From: Eledone cirrhosa
Lineage: Eukaryota
Direction of reading: 5' to 3'
DNA: 64,000 bases
Assembly: GCA_964016885.1 (NCBI GenBank)
Contig: OZ024745.1
Location: forward strand, 49,352,001 to 49,416,000
Shown: piece after piece, positions 57,995 through 64,000 of the stretch
Numbering within the stretch: the stretch's first letter is position 1
How the letters are laid out: each line of letters begins with the position of its first letter
The notes under the pieces: model-generated
What the model was told of the DNA's origin: nothing
Seen by the model: only the letters and a program-made list of their open reading frames with translations
Databases searched by the model: none
Made by a program: the position numbers and the translations under genes

Positions 57995-58154
57995 TATATT
58001 TATTAAATAACAGATTAAAGTTTAAGCAAAGAATCGCTGCTTTCACCCTTAATCTGTTATTTAATAAATATTTGCTCTACGGTTCTTATATATTTGATAT
58101 ATATTTATCCTTATCGAGCCCTCTTTGGATTTTAGTCTTCAATTTTATTATTAT

Positions 58155-58157
<3 letters not shown>
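57995..58157 (+). repeat. Short (TA)n-embedded hairpin (arms of about 23 bp) plus tail
   Basis: ATATTTATTAAATAACAGATTAA / TTAATCTGTTATTTAATAAATAT, then about 85 bp of unique sequence before the next TA tract. Confidence 0.7.
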
Positions 58158-58202
<45 letters not shown>

Positions 58203-58339
58203 ATATATGCAAAAGTTCTATTTAAAATTGTTGGGATACAACAAGTAAATATTTTTATAACTGATATAAAGCACTCGACAAATTTTTGGAGTAGATATAC
58301 GATATTAATAAATGGAAACTATATTTATAAAACCATATT

Positions 58340-58404
58340 TATTTCATTATACATATTTCAGGGTTACCACATTAAATTATTGTATGCCTTCATGAGACAA
58401 AATA
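58340..58404 (-). ncRNA. Hammerhead copy with G5-to-C change (predicted inactive)
   Basis: Core reads CTCATGA on the minus strand (G at 58394). Confidence 0.65.
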
Positions 58405-58563
58405 CAATATATAACAGTTTTACAAATAGGTTTGACGTACCCTTTAAAATACAACCATTACTTTTGGAGGCTGTCTGGATAGTGACTATCCAGACAGCCT
58501 CCAAAAGTAATGGTTGTATTTTAAAGGGTACGTCAAACCTATTTGTAAAACTGTTATATATTG

Positions 58564-58628
58564 TATTTTGTCTGATGAAGGCATACAATAATTTAATGTG
58601 GTAACCCTGAAATATGTATAATGAAATA
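58564..58628 (+). ncRNA. Type I hammerhead ribozyme (intact arm)
   Basis: TATTTTGT-CTGATGA-AGG…CCT-GAAA-TATGTA-TA^ATGAAATA; same stem I and stem III as the 17.5-kb ribozyme. Confidence 0.8.
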
Positions 58629-58767
58629 AATATGGTTTTATAAATATAGTTTCCATTTATTAATATCGTATATCTACTCCAAAAATTTGTCGAGTGCTTT
58701 ATATCAGTTATAAAAATATTTACTTGTTGTATCCCAACAATTTTAAATAGAACTTTTGCATATATAC

Positions 58768-58809
<42 letters not shown>

Positions 58810-58941
58810 GTATATATATATATATGTGTGTATATATATATGTGTGTGTGTAGTGTGTGTATATTTATGTGTATATATATATCTATATATATACATATAT
58901 ATATATATATGTATATATATACATATATATACATACATACA

Positions 58942-58999
<58 letters not shown>

Positions 59000-59458
59000 T
59001 ATATATATACACACATGCATATTGTTCTTATGCAATACAATTTTTTAGTTGAGTACATATTATTTAAAACAATCTCGTCATTAGATATTAGCGAGACATT
59101 CATGCTAGACTAATACCAATATATATATTAAATACTGACTATTATAAATAGATGACACACAATGCGATATTAATGATATTGCTTCTATATTATTGATCGA
59201 ATCTTTCAGATAGAGTAATTTATTAAAACCTTATTGTTGATGATTTTCATAGAAATGTCAGTTTAGCGACACAACTGCAACAATTGTGAATAGGTAATGC
59301 CAATAACTGGTCAGGGTAGAACAACTTCGACCACAATTGACTTCCATTCTGAATAATCTGTTGGTGTTAATGATTAATCAGTGCCAGATACATGGAGAGA
59401 TTCCTCATTGATTTCTTACTCGTTGAACACCAATTGTTATTGATGGACCTATTCGATT

Positions 59459-60302
<844 letters not shown>

Positions 60303-60401
60303 TTAGCGTGAAACTAATACTAATACCATTTGTACTGCCTCTTCTTTTTTCTGTTTTTTTGTTCTCTGTTTATTTATTAAACTATATATATACAATCACA
60401 G

Positions 60402-60462
<61 letters not shown>

Positions 60463-60787
60463 CATACATACATATATAACTGGAATTACGTAGGCGTTTG
60501 GAGGAACCCGAATAAGCTCAATTTTCTCGTCCATTTGATAATCATATACAGAGTGTTTACCCAAATTATACGGTATTGAACTCGTCTTGACTTAACAGAT
60601 GGCAAATATTTGAGAACGGAGTAATAGATTAACTGAATACATTTGATAATAGAATTATAGATTAGCCTTTAACAATGACATTTAATATGGCTACTTGATT
60701 AGCTTGGTATTATTAACACTTCTTTGTAACGAATACAGTTGGTAGAATAAGAGATTGTTAATTTGTGATCCAAGTCATAGTTGTAGT

Positions 60788-60963
60788 TTCAATTGGCAGA
60801 ATCTGTAGAGCGTCGGACAACTTGCTTTATGACATAGGGTTACCTTTACGATCTGAATTCAAATCCTGCCGAGGTTAGCTTTGCCTTTCATCCTTACGAG
60901 GTTGATAAGTACCAATAATGCATTGGAGTCGATTTAATCGACTTTCCCCTCCACCAAAATTGT
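60788..60963 (+). mobile_element. SINE copy (dominant family)
   Basis: ATTGGCAGAATC-GTAGAGCGTCGGAC…TTCAAATCCTGCCGAGGTTAGCTTTGCCTTTCATCCTT; further decayed copies near 1110, 9300, 21130, 22000, 30100, 37425, 39860, 40110, 42440, 45930, 49890, 57260, 62120, 63495 and 63880. Confidence 0.8.
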
Positions 60964-62540
60964 TCATAAAATACCAATATTAATACACATGTGAGGGTTA
61001 GGTTGAATGCATTTCGTTAGATCTTGTTTACAATTCCTCAAGGTAAAAGGCGGAATGGACCTCCGTCACTTTCGACAATGAGTGTTCCAGCCTGCTCGTA
61101 ACTGAGCATTTCACAGACACGTGTAACATTAACGTAATTCAGTGTAACACAGTGTAGAGCGAGGCTAGCCTTTTGAATTGTAGGTACACTCTATCCGATG
61201 GACTTCCAAAAAACTCATAAAACTTCACTCATAAAACCCATGGCCGCCGCACAATGGGGTCGAACCAGCGACATAATGATTGCAATCCCTTAATCAATTG
61301 GTCATGCTGCGTCCACCGTCTAAACGTGTAAAATATTATGTGTTCGTGTCTGGATTCATTTTCCCCGAAAAGTCTTCACGTACAAGTTTCTTTGAACATA
61401 ATCACCGACACTGTCACTTACAGCGAAAGATAAATAGCAACTTCTAATCAAACAAGATGTACGTTGAAATTCTTCTGTAAATAATAATGTTAGAGATTTG
61501 TCCAGTTCAACATAGACAATGTCGTCTTTGAAAATTTCACGTGACAATTTGAACATTTCATTCGACAGTTCAAACAAAGTAGACCTTTCCTCTTAATTGT
61601 CGATGAGAGGTTGAGTATGTCTCATAGTTTGTAATATTAGAGAAAATATTTTTTTTTGCTTCTGTGTTGTACTTGTCTGGCAAGTGACTTGATCTGAGAG
61701 TGCATTTTGCGAGCTGGTTACTCACGCAGTCCCATCGTAGCCAGGTCGCAAACTAATAAACAAACGATATATGCAACAGTTTTCGTATAATTTTAAATGG
61801 CTAAATTGACTCTTCCAATATATAAATATATATTTCTGTTTTTTTTAATTTTTATTATTTAACAAAAAGCAGAGTTTAATCTTTAACATTTTTAGAAAAC
61901 ACCTAGAGTGCAAGTACATTTACTAAATAATGTCATATCATAAATCTTAATATATCACTCGGGATATTTTTACACATAACCTCTTTATCATATTTAATCT
62001 GTGGTGTTAATAGTTAAAACCAGGTGCACCATATTCTTGTTTTTGTATTATTATTTCATTTATACTTGTTTTTATAATCACATCGCTTATATGTGTGTTC
62101 AGCTGTCTCTGTCATATTTTCAAGGTTGACTTTGCCTTTCACCCTTCTAGAGTCCGTAGAATAAACATTGCGCAAATGTTGGGGGCCGATTTAATCACCA
62201 GTGCTTATATTATTTTTTAACCTTAACTTTCCTCCTTTATTTTTTTCTTCTTTTCAAACCCCATAAAAATAAAGCAGCAAATGCTATGCAACAAACAATT
62301 GTTATTACCGTTATTACCATGAGAACATATTTTGAAATGGAATATAAAATAGAATATAAATAAAGGTAATTAAAGTCAAATATTTGAAACTCTGAGTAAA
62401 TGATTCTAAGCGTTCACTGCAACCGTGAGTATGTTGTTCATGTAGAGATCATTAAATATATTATCTAGGTTATTACTAAAAGAGTTGATTTGAATAGTAA
62501 TGTTTAGAAAACAGCTAAAACTATAGCATTATATATTGTA

Positions 62541-63437
62541 CTAGCAGTGGTACCCGGCGTTGCACGAGATAAGGTATTTTGGAACGCACAGACCTAATCG
62601 TGGAAAAACTGCATGCCTGGACAATATGTAAAGAAAATAAACCGAATACTCTGATGGCAGGATTTCCTCGATGAAGAAGGAAAAATGTTAGTTTTCACCT
62701 AATGCGGGCCCTAGGGGATCAAGAAAATGAATTTTTTTTATGTGCATAATATGCCTTTAAATTTTGGGAAAATCGGCTAGACGTAACGCCTCCAAAAAGC
62801 CCTAAGAAGCTGAAAAAATGAAGTGTTTCACCTAAGGCGGGCCCTAGGCCAAAAGAAAGTTGGATTTTCTTTGCTTACGGTATGAAGAAGAGACTGACTA
62901 ATACATAGTTACAATTTCAAGGAAATCGGTCTGACGTAACGGCTGAAAAAACCCCAACAAATCTTTAAAAACGCAGTTTTTCACCTAATGCGGGCCCTAA
63001 GAGATAAAAAAAGGTTGAATTTTTTATGTGCATAACACTCCCTGAAACATGTAAAGTTTGAAAAAAATCGGTTGGGTACTTCTCGAGTTTTAGGGATTCA
63101 AACTCACACACGCACACACACACACACACACACATCCCCAGGGACGTGACGTAAAGCAGACAGTCAAACATACAGACAGGTATTATAAGGGCGCGACGTT
63201 ATATGTATGTATCTATCTAAAAAGAGAAAGACTAAGAATTATAGAGCGAGATCGCTAAATCGCCTAATGCGGTCCCTAGGGCATTGGAAATTTGAAATTC
63301 TTTTTGCTCAGAATACTCCCTGAAACAAAAATATTACATGTGTAATGTTTGAAAACTGTCAGTTGGGTAGTTCTCGAGTTTTAGGGATTCGAACTCACAC
63401 ACGCACATACAGACATCCTCAGTTTTATATATATAGA
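62541..63437 (-). mobile_element. Non-autonomous Helitron with internal tandem repeats
   Basis: Minus strand: A|TCTATATATATAAAA 5' end, subterminal hairpin CTCG-TGCAACGC-CGGG, CTAG|T 3' end, no TSD; internal CCTAA-GCGG-CCCTA motif four times. Confidence 0.85.
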
Positions 63438-64000
63438 TAAGGTGATTGATATAAAATATAAGACCAGAATTAATTCCGGGGCTCTACGTTCTCCGAATTC
63501 ATATCTCGCCGCGGTTAACTTCACCTTTCATCCTTTCGAGGTCCATAAAGAAAGTACCAATCCAGTACTGGGGTCGATCTATCTCTTTCGCACTCCCCCT
63601 CTCTCACTCTCTCTTTACTTCTCTTGAATAAATCGGCCGAGCTCCGACATGGAGAGGAGATGGGCTCCATTCGGTTTGAAGTGACAAAAAAAAAATCGCC
63701 GTATGTCACGACGGAGCCCCAGCCATGTGATCAGGATTTACGGATCCATCCCTACATATATGTTTATATTAATATGTAGATTAGCGGATGGTAGATACAA
63801 AAGAATAAATGCATATGATCTGATGGTTATGTATACACTGTTAACTATAAATAGACACTAATAATTATAGCCCTTTTATGTTCTGAGTTCACATTTCGCC
63901 GAGATCAACTATGTTTTTCCTTCTGCCGAGATGGAATCAAATAAATTCTAGTCGATTTTATCGACTATTTCCATTCTTAAATTTAATACCTTGTACCCAC

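Larger units (their letters stand above)
58198..58770. mobile_element. 573-bp near-perfect palindrome in (TA)n carrying hammerheads
   Basis: Symmetry axis at G58484; 286-bp arms; the only mismatch seen is 58394/58574. Confidence 0.9.

Noticed and set aside
61356-61577. 73-aa non-repetitive ORF
   Set aside because: Non-ATG start, no recognisable motif, length expected by chance

Overview
AT-rich, microsatellite-saturated eukaryotic non-coding DNA. It is most consistent with an octopod cephalopod genome; this is an inference from the dominant SINE (…GAGTTCAAAT-CCGCCGAGGT-AACTTTGCCTTTCATCCTT-CGGGGTCGATAAAATAAAGTACCAGT…) and the R4/Dong + RTE + Tx1-like LINE mix. No intact host protein-coding gene is supported: the long ORFs are translations of simple repeats and the protein-like ORFs are decayed LINE fragments. 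Also present are many SINEs, several MITEs and a non-autonomous Helitron. The stand-out signal is a set of non-coding islands embedded in (TA)n tracts, mostly unrelated in primary sequence, that form long palindromes or tandem units. They carry type I hammerhead ribozyme motifs with a self-complementary stem III (11.3, 15.7, 16.3, 17.5, 27.5, 44.7 and 58.6 kb). One is a 591-bp tandem unit bounded by two identical hammerheads with the compensatory U3-A8 core, predicting a 591-nt self-excised, possibly circular RNA. In each young hammerhead-bearing palindrome, only one orientation keeps an intact core. Five elements share a TA-TAATAACT-like motif exactly where the inversion ends. All folds were done by eye.
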